NCBI GenBank assembly: GCA_951406725.2
Contig: OX597833.1
Location: 36,022,001 to 36,086,000 of the forward strand
DNA from: Octopus vulgaris
Lineage: Eukaryota
Direction: 5' to 3'
Length of the DNA: 64,000 nucleotides
This document shows positions 1-12,834 of the stretch, one piece after another. The notes below the pieces were generated by a model. The model was given only the letters and a program-made list of their open reading frames with translations, was not told the DNA's origin and made no database searches. Within the stretch, counting starts at the first letter, position 1, and each line of letters begins with the position of its first letter. The translations under genes and the position numbers were made by a program.

Positions 1-325
1 CAGCTTCTCACACTGGAGATGTATTACAGTGTCAGCTGTTCACTACCAGTGAACTAAGGTAACACATTTTTTGAGCACCATCCGGAGAGTTCGAGCGGTT
101 CCAAGCAGTACTGTTTTTCTGCAAGTGCTCCACCCTTATTGCATCCCCTATCGGTTCCATACCTTTCTCAAGATTTTTACTCACTGTTCCCAGGGCTCCG
201 ACAATTATTGGTACTACTACCACCTTTTTCATCGCCCACAACTGCTTTACCTTCCAAGCTAACCTGTCATATCTATCGACATTTCTTTCTTTCTTATCGC
301 ATACCTTGTTATCAGCTGGGCATGT
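1..325 (-). mobile_element. 3' end of R4/Dong-like (RLE-type) non-LTR retrotransposon, degenerate
   Basis: Minus strand reads CPADNKVCDKKERNVDRYDRLAWKVKQLWAMKKVVVVPIIVGALGTVSKNLEK...EHLQK/TVLLGTARTLRMVL with a frameshift, which is the typical RLE C-terminus. The 3' UTR matches 23221-23319. Confidence 0.85.
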
Positions 326-540
326 TTAAGCCGCAACGTCGGGGGTATAGGCAGGAGATAGATCTCTTGATTATTGGAACACATCCCTTCTACAGGAAAC
401 TAAATAACTGACGCTCTAATCTGATCCAGCAGTAGTTGAGACAATCCATGGCGACTAGGCAATATGGGCATTCACCGCTTCTGCACGACTTTTCAGGAAC
501 AGCTTCCTCTCTGCCCATTTCTGGGCAAGACTAGCCACTC

Positions 541-749
541 TCTTTTACTCTTTTACTCTTTTACTCTTTTACTTGTTTCAGTCATTTGACTGCGGCCATG
601 CTGGAGCACCGCCTTTAATCGAGCAACTCGACCCCGGGACTTATTCTTTTGTAAGCCCAATACTTATTCTATCGGTCTCTTTTGCCGAACCGCTAGGTAA
701 CCAGCATCGGTTGTCAAGCAATGCTAGGGGGACAAACACAAACACACAA

Positions 750-796
<47 letters not shown>

Positions 797-959
797 CGAC
801 GGGCCTCCTTCAGTTTCCGTCCACCAAATCCACTCACAATGCCTTGGTCGTCCCGAGGCTATAGTAGAAGACACTTCCCCAAGGTGCCACGCAGTGGGAC
901 TGAACCCGGAACAATGTGGTTGGTAAACAAGCTACTTACCACACAGCCACTCCTGCGCC
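541..959 (-). mobile_element. tRNA-derived SINE family A, full length, with internal (TA)n(TG)n
   Basis: Head GCGCAGGAGTGGCTGTGTGGTAAG...GGTTCAGTCCC carries A/B boxes, and the tail is (GTAAAAGA)n. Many near-identical copies occur in the window. Confidence 0.9.
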
Positions 960-1047
960 TGCTTATATTATAACTGACCAGTCAGTCTAGCATTCAACAA
1001 CGCTGTCCGATGGCATGAACCTGCCACTCCAGGTTCCCAGATACAAG

Positions 1048-1720
1048 TCAACCGACTTGTTGGCCCTGATTTTCACCACAGCCAACAACTTGTATTCCTT
1101 TAGAATACGAGTTGGTGGCAAAAATAACACTTGCTTTAACCATAGATCTCAACATTTGGTTCGAAGGCCAGCATTTCACTTCAGCGTACACTGATGACTG
1201 CAAACCCATTTTCCAGAAAATGTTCCAGTATAAGACTTTTTGTCTCACAAAAAACGGTTAGCATCAATATTCCTTCTGGAGGTTGAGTCCTGAATTTCTT
1301 TTTCCTTGGGATTCCGGGTGTTCCCTCCCGTTTTTTACCTTTTGGATTCTGGCTCATGGACCCTGGTCTCATCTGTGACTTTTCTCTCCCAAATAGCTTC
1401 GCCTTCATCATTGTAGCGGTCAAAAAAGTGTTAACAGAACTCCATGATTTCCAGCTCTTATACGCTTCGGTAAGCTTTCTTGGCATAAAACTCGTTCGGA
1501 CTTCACGGAATTGAAGTTTGTTGCAGAGGGTTCCGTATGCAGAGCCTTGACCAGTTTGCATATAAGATGCCACCTCATCAATGGTCATTCGTCGGTTTGC
1601 CAGAACCACCTCTCGAGCTTGTCAAGTCATCATACCAGTGGTAGCTTGATGGCCGTCATGCCCCCACAACGTGCTTCACGCTTGTTCGGACATTTTAAAA
1701 CAATTTGATCCACTCATACA
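1048..1720 (-). mobile_element. mariner transposase remnant
   Basis: ORF MVLANRRMTIDEVASYMQTGQGSAYGTLCNKLQFREVRTSFMPRKLTE contains an HTH and a WVPxxL-like motif, followed by KKFRTQP..G.LMLTVF. It is frameshifted. Confidence 0.8.
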
Positions 1721-2258
1721 CACTTCAAAATGTGTGTGTGTATGTGTGTGTGTGTGTGTATGTGTGTGTGTATGCGTGCATGTGTTTGTTACTGGCAGTT
1801 AAGTCAAACCGTTTGTGTTTATGTACATAAACTTCTTAGTTACGTCTATTTCCTTCTTTTCCTTTTTCCTTTCTTTCTCCTACAACTTTCCTTCTTCGCC
1901 TTCTTCTTCCTCGTCGTACTCATCACCATCATCATTATCATCATCATCACCATCACTATTATCATCAACATCAGCATCGTATTACAGTAAAAAGAAAAAA
2001 AGATTAATTAATTATTTGATTATTTAATTATCATATAAAATTACTGTGGATTTCTCCTTATTTTGTGATTCCCGTACCACCACAACTATCGCTACCACCA
2101 ATTTTTGTTAATTTTTTTCCTTTTCTCTTCAATGTCAAACTCGAATTAGTTGAGGGATTTGTTGGAATGTTTAACATTTCGGATATTTTTCGCAATACTG
2201 CTAATAATACTGCCAATAGTAACCCACTTTTCAGGAGCGTGTCATATTATATAAATAC

Positions 2259-2424
<166 letters not shown>

Positions 2425-2875
2425 AAGTATGTGTCCTGAGTATGACTATAAACCGCATTTAGCAGTGGGGCCATGGTGTGAGAGTTCCAGGGTTTTCAAG
2501 AGTGTATAACCATCTCTTAGCCACTATTGGCTCCATGTTTACTCTGACCTAGAGTAATAGCACTTGTTAAGGCCCCAGCTATGGGACCTTAATAAGCATT
2601 AAAGCAAGGGACTTGAGCAACCCTTAGTTCTCGCTAAAACTTCCTTCTAGCAGAAGGAAAATTCATATAAAGGAAAGAAAGTGTTGTTGGTTTCTGATCG
2701 TCTCAACCTCTCTTCAGCCACTGGTTTCATAGCTGACCGCTGTGTGTCACTTTGTCCACTCTTAAATTCACATACAGGAATTTCTTGAACCCTCGGAACA
2801 TCTGCAAGAAGTCACTGAGTTTAGGAAGTGGTCCTACTCGGTTACAAGTTGATTCCCACCAGTAATATACATACG

Positions 2876-3020
2876 ATAAGAAGCTTGCTTCCCAACAAAC
2901 ATGGCTCCAGATTCATTCCCATTGCGTGGCACCTTAGGCGTATGTCTTCTATTATAGCTTCCGGTCGATCAAGACTCTGCGAGTGGATTTGGCAAAACGG
3001 AAATTGAAAGAATCCCGACA
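2876..3020 (+). mobile_element. SINE family A 5' half, diverged
   Basis: AGCTTGCTTCCCAAC...GTGGCACCTT...GAGTGGATTTGG...GAAAGAA matches the family A head. Confidence 0.75.
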
Positions 3021-3479
3021 TATGTGTGAGCGTTAGTAAATGCACTGCCGTTCTAGGGTCTGGGGAAACCAATCCACGATTTTGCGCTCATGAGGGCAAC
3101 ACCCTAACCTCTAGGTCACGCAGCACCATGCACACACGCACATACACACACATATATATAATACGCACATACACACACATATATATACACACACAATATA
3201 TAATACATACAGAGAAAGTGTGTGTGTGTGTGTGTGTGCGGGAGCGCACGTGTGTGTGTGAGAGGGGAGACGCGTACGAATGTAAACGGTACAATTTTTA
3301 TGTAAGCGAAATAATAAATGCCTCAAAGTGAAGAATGATTCAAAGATTAGTCACTGCCAACTATGTGGACGAAATAAACAAGAAGAATGAACTTCGAATA
3401 TACTACATAACAAAATTATCGTATTTGTTATTTTGCAGAATTATTATTTTCCCAATGCAGACCCGCAGTATTTGACCAT

Positions 3480-3990
3480 CACTTCAGCTTTCTTATTATT
3501 AGTTATTGGTTATTTTGACAAAGTTCTTTCGTCACACATTCTGTGACCTCTTCAATGGCTATTCTTCTGCTCTGTGTCTCCTCTTCCTTCCGTTTACTCC
3601 ATCTTGTCTGTTAAATGTGTCCTTGTCGACCCATGCGTTTGCATCTGCGCCTGAGTGTGTATCTTGTGTGTGTAGGGTGGTTTTATATTGCACTACTTGT
3701 ATCTAAGTTTCATATTTTGTCCTTCTGTACCCTATTTTGTCTTTAATTATTAGGTTGCAGCGCGGGATGTTACTATCCCATTCGTGTTTTCTACTGAGAT
3801 CAGTCTACTTTCTGTTATGCTCATAGCCTCCGTAATAGGTCTGAGTGTTTTTTTTTTTTTCAGTTTTCTATGTAGATATCGAGACCCCATGTTACACCTT
3901 GGCATGTTGGTACAGCACTGACGAGTTTTCTCATTCACTTGTTGCCATTTTTTACTCTCTCCTATATTAAGGGGCTGTCCTTCCAAAATA
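3480..3990 (-). mobile_element. Penelope-like element 3' remnant: GIY-YIG-like end plus pLTR with decayed hammerhead
   Basis: Minus-strand peptide NIGESKK... and RPITEAMSITESRLISVENTNG resembles the YIGES and EAxxI...N...G motifs of GIY-YIG. A hammerhead-like core lies downstream at 3517-3559. Confidence 0.55.
3517..3559 (-). ncRNA. degenerate type I hammerhead ribozyme motif
   Basis: GCCA-TTGAAGA-G-GTCACA(GAATG)TGTGAC-GAAA-GAAC-TT-TGTC. Stem II is intact; core C3 and stems I/III are mutated. Confidence 0.5.
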
Positions 3991-4439
3991 TGCTGTTGTC
4001 ATGTTTCCGCTCCTCCCTCTGTGCATCTTATTCTAATTGACAGAATTCCTAGTTTTGAAGTTTATCTGTGTGCTTACCCTACATACTATACTGTTACTAT
4101 CACTACAGAGGGTTTTTTCAAAAGTGTCTGTCCTACTGATCAGAGATTTTATGGGAGTTCCTGGTCTTTCCACTACTTAAATTCACAAGTTCGCCCCCAG
4201 GAGTAGTGTCAACGAACATGACACTGAGATATTTTTGGCCGTCATACCATGAGTTGGTTTTCTCTATACTATTCCGTGATTTGGACATCTATAGTGGGAA
4301 ATAAACCATTTGTGACATTCTCTGTGATGATCTTGAATTTTGTCATAGCTCCTTTATTCACCCTCATCCAGTTTTTTTTTTTACTGTGTCCAGAGAACGG
4401 TATACGATAAATAAAGTGGTGTATGTGCTTCACTAATTC

Positions 4440-4856
4440 CGTTGGGTCCTACATGCGAGACACGCTTTTCATCACCTCTGGAAATAATCAGATGAGGTTG
4501 TCGGAGAATTTCTACGACTTCCCCTGCCCCAGTTTCTGGTTTCCTAATTCCCCTGATGGGAATCCCATGAATTACTAAGTGTGGGGCTCGGTTGAGAAAG
4601 ACACCAACCATACTGCTTTCAACACAAAGGCTGAGTTGGTAGCCAACACCAAGAAGGGGTTCGATGATCCTCTTCGGAACACAGTGAGCAACGCATGCAC
4701 TAGGTCCTGAGCCATTCTGAGGTCGTGGTGGGGGCCGAAGACGGATGAACTGTTATCTCCCAGACATAATTTTGTTGTTTCTCGATTGTTTAATTTTAGA
4801 TAGCATATTTTTTTCTTCCTTTTATGCAAACAATCAAATTTAACCCGAATACCCTG
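4440..4856 (+). mobile_element. Tc1/mariner (maT/DD37D-like) transposase 3' remnant with TIR
   Basis: Plus strand reads FWFPNSPDGNPMNY*VWGSVE...FNTKAELVA...NACTR and ends in TIR-like ...AACCCGAATACCCTG. Confidence 0.75.
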
Positions 4857-4994
4857 TGTGTATGTATGTATGTATGTATGTATGTATGTATGTATGTATG
4901 TATGTACGTACGTCCGTACGTACATATGCATGTATGTACGTATTTATGTAAGTATGTATGCATGTGTATGTAGGTATGTATGTATGTATATACA

Positions 4995-5108
<114 letters not shown>

Positions 5109-5125
5109 TGTATATATATAGGTGT

Positions 5126-5158
<33 letters not shown>

Positions 5159-5345
5159 CGGCTATATAGGTTAGAGGTTAAGCAATCATCTAAGGGATAA
5201 TAAATATCCAATATACTATTGGATGTATACCTATGTATTTATATCAAAGTACTTACTGTTGTAGGGCTGTAGAGCAATTGAATAGTAGGTATGAGTGGAG
5301 GTAAAGCAGAAATTTACCCAGAATTTCATCTTTGTCTTATATATA

Positions 5346-5408
<63 letters not shown>

Positions 5409-5451
5409 ACACACACACACGGAGGTATCTGTATTAATATATATGAGTAGG

Positions 5452-5506
<55 letters not shown>

Positions 5507-5507
5507 G

Positions 5508-5574
<67 letters not shown>

Positions 5575-5587
5575 GTAGGTAGGTAGC

Positions 5588-5660
<73 letters not shown>
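5452..5660. repeat. (GATA)n microsatellite
   Basis: Seen directly. Similar tracts occur at about 15840, 21420, 30975, 32290, 37290, 51085 and 62380. Confidence 0.97.
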
Positions 5661-5662
<2 letters not shown>

Positions 5663-5711
5663 ATGGGAGAGAGAGAGGGAGAGAGAGTGAGCGATGTCAT
5701 ATATATATGAT

Positions 5712-5922
5712 TTCAAATTTTAGCACATGGCCAGCAAGTTCGGAGGAAGTGGGTAAGTCGATTACATGGACCTTCAGTGCTCATCTTGTACTTATTTTAT
5801 CGAACCTGAAAGGATGAAAGGAAAAATCGACCTTAGTGGAATTTGAATTAGAACGTCAAAACCGACGAAACACCGATAAGCATATTGACTGACATGCTAA
5901 CGCTTCAGCCATCTCGTCGCCT
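5712..5922 (-). mobile_element. SINE family B (tRNA-like head plus Meta-like domain), diverged
   Basis: Reverse complement is a diverged match to the family B consensus GGCGxCGAGCTGGC...GTTC...AAATTCC...GTCGACTTTGCCTTTCATCCTTTC...GATAAAATAAGTAC. Confidence 0.8.
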
Positions 5923-6310
5923 TTGATGTCATATATATGGATAACACATTCAGATGCCTACGTACGTAAAAACTGAAGGTGAGAGGCGTATCTATCTTCC
6001 ATCTTTTATCTGTTAATTGTTCAAGACATTTTGAGTGCGGCCTTGAAGAAGTTTTATAAATACAAATCGATACCATATCGTCGTTTTCAAAGCCTTGGAT
6101 TTATTCTATTGTTCTTTGTTGCCAAACCGGGTAAGTTGCAGGGGACATAAATACACCAACACCGGTTGTCAGGCTGTTGGGGGGACAAACACGGACACAA
6201 AAACCTATATACATACATACATACATGTAAATATGAGTCTCCTCTCAAAATTTTAAAACCTTGTGCCTTTAGGATTTTATATTCAAACATGTCAGTGCTT
6301 CATGCACAGG

Positions 6311-6346
<36 letters not shown>

Positions 6347-6499
6347 AACACACCCACTCGCTCACTCACACACTGATATGTAGATATATAGATAGATAGA
6401 TAGATACATACATACATACATACATACATACATACATACATACATACATACATACATACAAACATACGTAGACACACACATATATAAATACATATTCTC

Positions 6500-6950
6500 T
6501 ATTCTCTGCAACGCCGCCGTGAGCTATACATTATTTGCACCATGTGGAAAATATTCCATCGATATTATTAAATGATATCGGTATAATGTTTTCAATTCAC
6601 CCAAGATTAGGCCCCCGCGCAATGCGTCCTCTACAAAAGTCGAGATCACATCACATACGAACATTGCGACGCAATTTCTTCACTGCAAAAAGTCATGCTC
6701 TTTTCAAGGTTATCCCGAAAGAAATTAAAGTAGAAAAAGACCCCCACAACTTTCAAACGGTACCTAGACGAATTCTGTTAAGAAATACTGGATAAACCAC
6801 ATACACCTGAATACGTCTCGACCAACAAAAACTCTCCGTTTAAGTGGTGCATAGTGTCCCGAAATAATTAACTAAAAGACTTTTCCAGGTGGTGCTGTTG
6901 AGTTAGTCATGGCCTTGTCCGATAATGGCCGAAACTAATCTAAGTTATCT
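6500..6950 (+). mobile_element. CR1-like LINE 3' end with 3' UTR
   Basis: HPRLGPRAMRP...RRNFFTAKSHALFKVIPKEIK/FKRYLDEF..EILDKPHTPEYVSTNKNS resembles the CR1-group ORF2 C-terminus. The UTR has a GGCC..GGCC hairpin near 6910-6930. Confidence 0.7.
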
Positions 6951-7235
6951 GAGTTATACATATATATATATATATATATTTATATATTTTACTATTAAAT
7001 GTGTGCTTGTGTGTGTGTGTGTGAGTCTGTGCGTTTATGCTTGCGTTCGAAATTACCTAAAGGACTGTGTTAAAAGTTAAAATTGTTTTATACGCATATA
7101 CACATTATGTGCATATATATGTATGTATGTATGTATGAATGTATGTATGTATGCATGTATGCATATATGTATGTATGTATGCATATATATATACATATAT
7201 ATATATACATATATATATATACATATATATATATA

Positions 7236-7319
<84 letters not shown>

Positions 7320-7377
7320 CAAACACTCATTCAAACACACACGTACACATAAATATATGTGTGTGTGTTTATATATA

Positions 7378-7754
7378 CGCAGGCATGGATCTGTGGTCAG
7401 AAGTCTGCTTCCCAACCATATGGTTCGGGTTGATCCGACTGCCTGCCACCTTGGACAAGTGAATTCTGCTATGGCCTTGACCCGATCAAAGTCTTATGAG
7501 TGGATGTGATGGATCGAAAATGAAGTCAGCCCGTATGTATATCTGTGTGTTTGTCTTAGTGTCTGTGTTTGCCCCCCTCCACCCCTCTCTACCGATTCGC
7601 AACGAGTGTTGGTGTGTTTAGGTGTCCGTAACCTAGCGGTTCGGCAAATTAGGCAGAAAGAATAAGTTCCAGGCTTACAACAAATAAGTACTGATGTCGA
7701 TTCCTTCGACTAAAATATTTCACGGCAGTGACCAAGCATGGGTCTAATGACTGG

Positions 7755-7755
<1 letters not shown>
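7378..7755 (+). mobile_element. SINE family A, diverged
   Basis: Head CGCAGGCATGGATCTGTGGTCAGAAG, body CTAGCGGTTCGGCAAA...GAATAAG. Confidence 0.8.
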
Positions 7756-7796
<41 letters not shown>

Positions 7797-7798
<2 letters not shown>

Positions 7799-7955
7799 AT
7801 TCTTTCATTTGTTTCAGTCAGCTGGAGCACCGCCTTTTTAGTCGAACAAGCCTAGTACTTATTCTATCGGTTCTTTTATCGAACCGCTAGCTGACAGGGA
7901 CGTAAAACCACCAACATCGTTTGTCAAGCGATGGTGGGGGACAAACACAGACACA

Positions 7956-8013
<58 letters not shown>

Positions 8014-8176
8014 CGACGGGCTTCTTTCAGTTTCCGTCTACCAAATCCACTCACAAGGCTTTGGGCGTCGGCTCGCGGCTATAGTAGAAGACACTTGCGT
8101 AAGTTGCCACGAAGTGGGACTGAACTCAGAACCACGTGGCTGGTAAGCAAGCTACTTTTCACACAGCCACCCCTGC

Positions 8177-8179
<3 letters not shown>
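7797..8179 (-). mobile_element. SINE family A
   Basis: TGTTTCAGTCA..GCTGGAGCACCGCC...(CA)n(TA)n...CACAGCCACCCCTGC. Confidence 0.88.
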
Positions 8180-8241
<62 letters not shown>

Positions 8242-8272
8242 TATGTATACATATATACATATATATGTATAC

Positions 8273-8369
<97 letters not shown>

Positions 8370-8371
8370 TA

Positions 8372-8407
<36 letters not shown>

Positions 8408-8520
8408 TGTATTTATTTATTTATTTATTTATTTATGTATTTATTTATTTATTTATGTATGTCTACTTCGTTTTGGGATTTGGTTTGCAAGATTATTTAT
8501 GTGAGTTCGTGTGTTGAAGC

Positions 8521-8755
8521 ATATTTTGTTGTGTCTGAGGAGTGTCATTTTCTTTTAGTACCTTTTTTTTAACACACTCACCGGTTCAATTTCCACTCAT
8601 TTACTTATTTATTTTTTGCTAAAGCTTGAGTTACGTCTTGCAACCTTTTCGATAGTCGTTGACTATTTTAGAAAATAAATAAGTAAATGAGAGGAAATCT
8701 AACTGGTGAGTGTGTTAAATAATAATGCACTAAAAGAGAATGAATCTCGCCTGAG

Positions 8756-8765
<10 letters not shown>
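8521..8765. repeat. imperfect inverted repeat (fold-back), probable Penelope pLTR pair
   Basis: TAACACACTCACCGGTT..TTTCCACTCATTTACTTATTTATTTT pairs with AAAATAAATAAGTAAATGAGAGGAAA..AACTGGTGAGTGTGTTA. The arms are about 100 bp. Confidence 0.75.
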
Positions 8766-8799
<34 letters not shown>

Positions 8800-8802
<3 letters not shown>

Positions 8803-9370
8803 AAATTTTAAAACAAACCCAATAATTCAGGGTGAGTGGGTAAGTTGATTACATCGACCCCGTACTCAAATGGTACTCATTTTATAGACCACAAAGTGAT
8901 GAAAGACAATGTCAACCTCGCCGGAATTTGAACTCAGAAAAGTGAAAAAGAACACTAAGCATTTTGCCCGGCGTACTAACGATTCTTATTTCTTTACTGC
9001 ACACAAAAAGGGGGGGGGGCACACAGGACAAAAGGATTAAGTCGATTACATCGACCCCAATGCTAACTGCTACTTATTTAATCGACCCCGAAAGGATGAA
9101 AGGCACAGTCGACCCCTGCGGAATTTGAACTCAGAACATAGAGACAGACGAAATACCTATTTCTTTATAGCCCACAAGGGGCTAAACACAGAGGGGACAA
9201 ACAAGGACAGACATAGGTATTAAGTCGATTACATCGACCCCAGTGCGTAACTGGTACTTAATTTATCGACCCCGAAAGGATGAAAGGCAAAGTCGACCTC
9301 GGCGGAATTTGAACTCAGAACGTAGCGGCAGACGAAATACTGCTGAGCTAAGGTCTCTGCCAGCTCGCCT
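8800..9370 (-). mobile_element. three head-to-tail SINE family B copies
   Basis: Variants of GATTACATCGACCCC...GAAAGGATGAAAGGC..GTCGACC..GGAATTTGAACTCAGAA occur three times, at about 8845, 9040 and 9220. Confidence 0.88.
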
Positions 9371-9409
9371 TCTTAAAGGTAGGTATAATATTAATATATA
9401 CCTGAAACA

Positions 9410-9442
<33 letters not shown>

Positions 9443-9487
9443 GCAATTGTCGTAATTAATAATATTCTATCTTCTGTCTTCCATTTG

Positions 9488-9520
<33 letters not shown>

Positions 9521-10814
9521 ACATGTATATGTGTCTATGTACAAAGGCATTTATGTGTGCTAATACTTATGCATATAGGCATATTCATATGTATATATTA
9601 ATTTTAAAGTTTTGAAAGTCCAATAAAATATCAAGGAGAGCATAAATATTTATATATCAAAATTAATGAAAAGTAGTAACGTAACCATAAAAGTGCCGAA
9701 TAACATTCAAACAGAGGCTTTTGAATTAAGCAACTGGGTGTTCGGTGACGTGGCAGTGCTAATTATGCTGATAATTAAAATTAAAAATTTAAGTGAATAA
9801 TTACTAATTATTTTTAATGCGATTAGTAGTGTTTAATAAAATCTTAGGAATGCAAATTGACAATATAAAAACACAACAGCCCTCCCCCACAATAGCAATA
9901 ATAATAATAATGATAATATTGATAGCTAATATAAGGTTGAAGATTTATGGCGGGAGGTCGAGTACTTTATTGAAGTTAACAGAAAGCCGTATTTATCGAC
10001 ACGGCGGGGAATATGAAAAGGTTAATTGGCCACGTCCCGATTTCAGCTTCCATCTAAATAAATTTGGTTCTGAAAGATTTCGACTTGGGTTATTACCGAC
10101 AAAATCAAGTTTGGAGGCTTATAAGTATCAGCTACAAAAAGAAAAAAAATTAGCACATAGTAATGTCAGTAGTGTATAGAATGGACGTTAAGAAACATAT
10201 TTAAGCTACAAACAAAGGAAGTATTTATTAAAGTGTCTGATTCCAACATAACAAGCCAGCAGCGGTGGAAATAGGGTAATAACTTGGCATAATTTAAATT
10301 CTTATAAGTTGCAGACCTGTTGCAGACATCTCTACTGAGAAGTATATATACAGATGTGTACGTCAGTGAATGTGTATCTATGCATGTATATATGTATGTG
10401 TGCGTGTGCGTGTGTGAGAGTGTATGTCTCTGTGTGTGTATATATATATATGTCTGCACATCTCTGCACATATAGATATATATATATATGCGAAATTCTG
10501 TAACTATCCTTGGATGTACATCCACATATATTTGAATGCATGCATGTACATGTGCCAAACTGAGTGAGTTTACCTATATACCATATAAATTAAGTATATA
10601 TAATGTATACTAATAACTTCTCTGCGTGTGTATACTGTGTATACATATATATATTTACATACACACACACACACAGATATATATATATATAGAACATTGT
10701 ACAGATAAATTCATATGTATACATAAATAATTTCATAACTACACATATTAAAATTCGTACAGAAATGAATTCGAATATTACAGATTTGAATATGCGTATA
10801 TGTGTATATATGTG

Positions 10815-10861
<47 letters not shown>

Positions 10862-10890
10862 TATATTTACCTATCTACCTATATATATTA

Positions 10891-10948
<58 letters not shown>

Positions 10949-10993
10949 TGTAATATATATATATATATATATATACTCATACATAGACACATA

Positions 10994-11055
<62 letters not shown>

Positions 11056-11060
11056 GTAAG

Positions 11061-11140
<80 letters not shown>

Positions 11141-11293
11141 TATGTACGTATATATAAATATATCTATATGTATACACATGCACACACGGACATTCACACC
11201 CTCCCCCCATGTATATATATATATATATATAATTCACGTTTTGAACGGTTTCTATATATATATGTATATAGATATATATATATACATATATAT

Positions 11294-11395
<102 letters not shown>

Positions 11396-11396
11396 C

Positions 11397-11428
<32 letters not shown>

Positions 11429-11792
11429 GGACATATATATATATATATATATGCAGGTATACTGGAGTACAAATATTGAGTCAAAAATCATTCACCATAG
11501 ACAGAAGAAGTCTACCCTGGGAATTGAACTTACCCCTATGTGAACATGTATGTATACATTTTATAAAATCCTATCTGTACACAAAACTTATAAACTATAC
11601 TAATGTGGATGTTTGTGTGTTTGTATGTGTGTGTGCACGTGTTTGTGCGCGCTCGCGCGCGCGTTCGTTGCTTTATGGTATATTAAGCTGACGATCCTGG
11701 AGAAACTGGACCGGGATTATCGTAAGGTTGCAAATGCAACGGTTATCAATCGATGCGGCAGAAACATGTGTAGGTCTATTTGAGGCTGTGTA

Positions 11793-11861
<69 letters not shown>

Positions 11862-11951
11862 GTGCGTGTGTGTATATATATAATGGAATTAAACGTAATG
11901 CTTATGCTACTTCGTAATAACACTTATTATTATAATTCATATATATATATG

Positions 11952-12175
11952 TGTGTGTGTGTGTGTTTGTGTGTCTGTGTTTGTCCCCCTAGCATTGTTT
12001 GACAACCGATGCTGGTGTATTTACGTCCCCGTTACTTAGCGGTTCGGCAAAAGAGACCGATAGAATAAGTACTGGGGCTTACAAAGAATAAGTCCCGGGG
12101 TCGATTTGCTCGACTAAAGGCGGTGCTACAGCATGGCCGCAGTCAAATGACTGAAACAAGTAAAAGAGTAAAGAG
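11952..12175 (+). mobile_element. SINE family A 3' half
   Basis: TGTTTGTCCCCCTAGCATTG...GGTTCGGCAAAAGAGACCGATAGAATAAG...GAAACAAGTAAAAGAGT. Confidence 0.88.
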
Positions 12176-12359
12176 TATATGCATATACATATATATGCAA
12201 ATATATAGATATCTATGTATATATATATGTATATATAGATATGTATGTATATATATGTATATATATAAGGATATATATATGTATATGTATATATGTATGT
12301 ATATATGTATATATATGTATGTATATCTATATATGTATATGCATATGTATATCTATATC

Positions 12360-12480
12360 TATCAGCCGAAATTGCGAGGATGATCCGGTTCTTGACTGAA
12401 GATTGAAGGCTTCGAATGACCCGTTCGTGTTTTTTGTATCGTCTTCTAAATGTTTTGCGTTCTTGTCCCAGTTTGCATTT
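12360..12480 (-). mobile_element. possible Penelope-like fragment inserted in (TA)n
   Basis: Peptide [20 protein letters not shown] resembles the GIY-YIG motif GQTxRxFxxRxxEH. It is flanked by TA repeats and is short. Confidence 0.35.
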
Positions 12481-12534
12481 ATACATATATATATATATAT
12501 AAACATCTGATACTGATATAATCCATCTATTCAA

Positions 12535-12720
12535 GGTATGAAATTTTGGGGGAGGAGTCTAGTTGATTACATCGACTCAAGTGTTTTAATGCTACTTCAT
12601 TTATCGACCCCGAAAGGATGAAAAGCAAAGTCAACGTTGGACGGAATTTGAACTCAGAACGTAGCAACGGGTGATATACCGCTAAGCACTTCGTCCAGCG
12701 TGCCAACGATTCTGCTAGCA
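12535..12720 (-). mobile_element. SINE family B
   Basis: ATCGACCCCGAAAGGATGAAAAGCAAAGTC...GGAATTTGAACTCAGAACGTAGC...GCCAACGATTCTGC. Confidence 0.85.
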
Positions 12721-12834
12721 AATGCTGATATATAAAATGACATATACAAATATATAATATGCATACATATTTAGTCCCACTAAACATCTTTTCATTTTTT
12801 AATAATTTCTCTGTTGCGAATTTATAGACGTGTA

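Noticed and set aside
573-926. Recurrent ORFs like [15 protein letters not shown]...SVYQIHSQ...[14 protein letters not shown]
   Set aside because: Antisense translation of SINE family A, not a gene family.
6893-6945. Hammerhead-like CTGTTGA...GGCC..GGCCGAAAC
   Set aside because: The core is not CUGANGA and there is no stem I. It is better explained as the 3' UTR hairpin of the CR1-like LINE.
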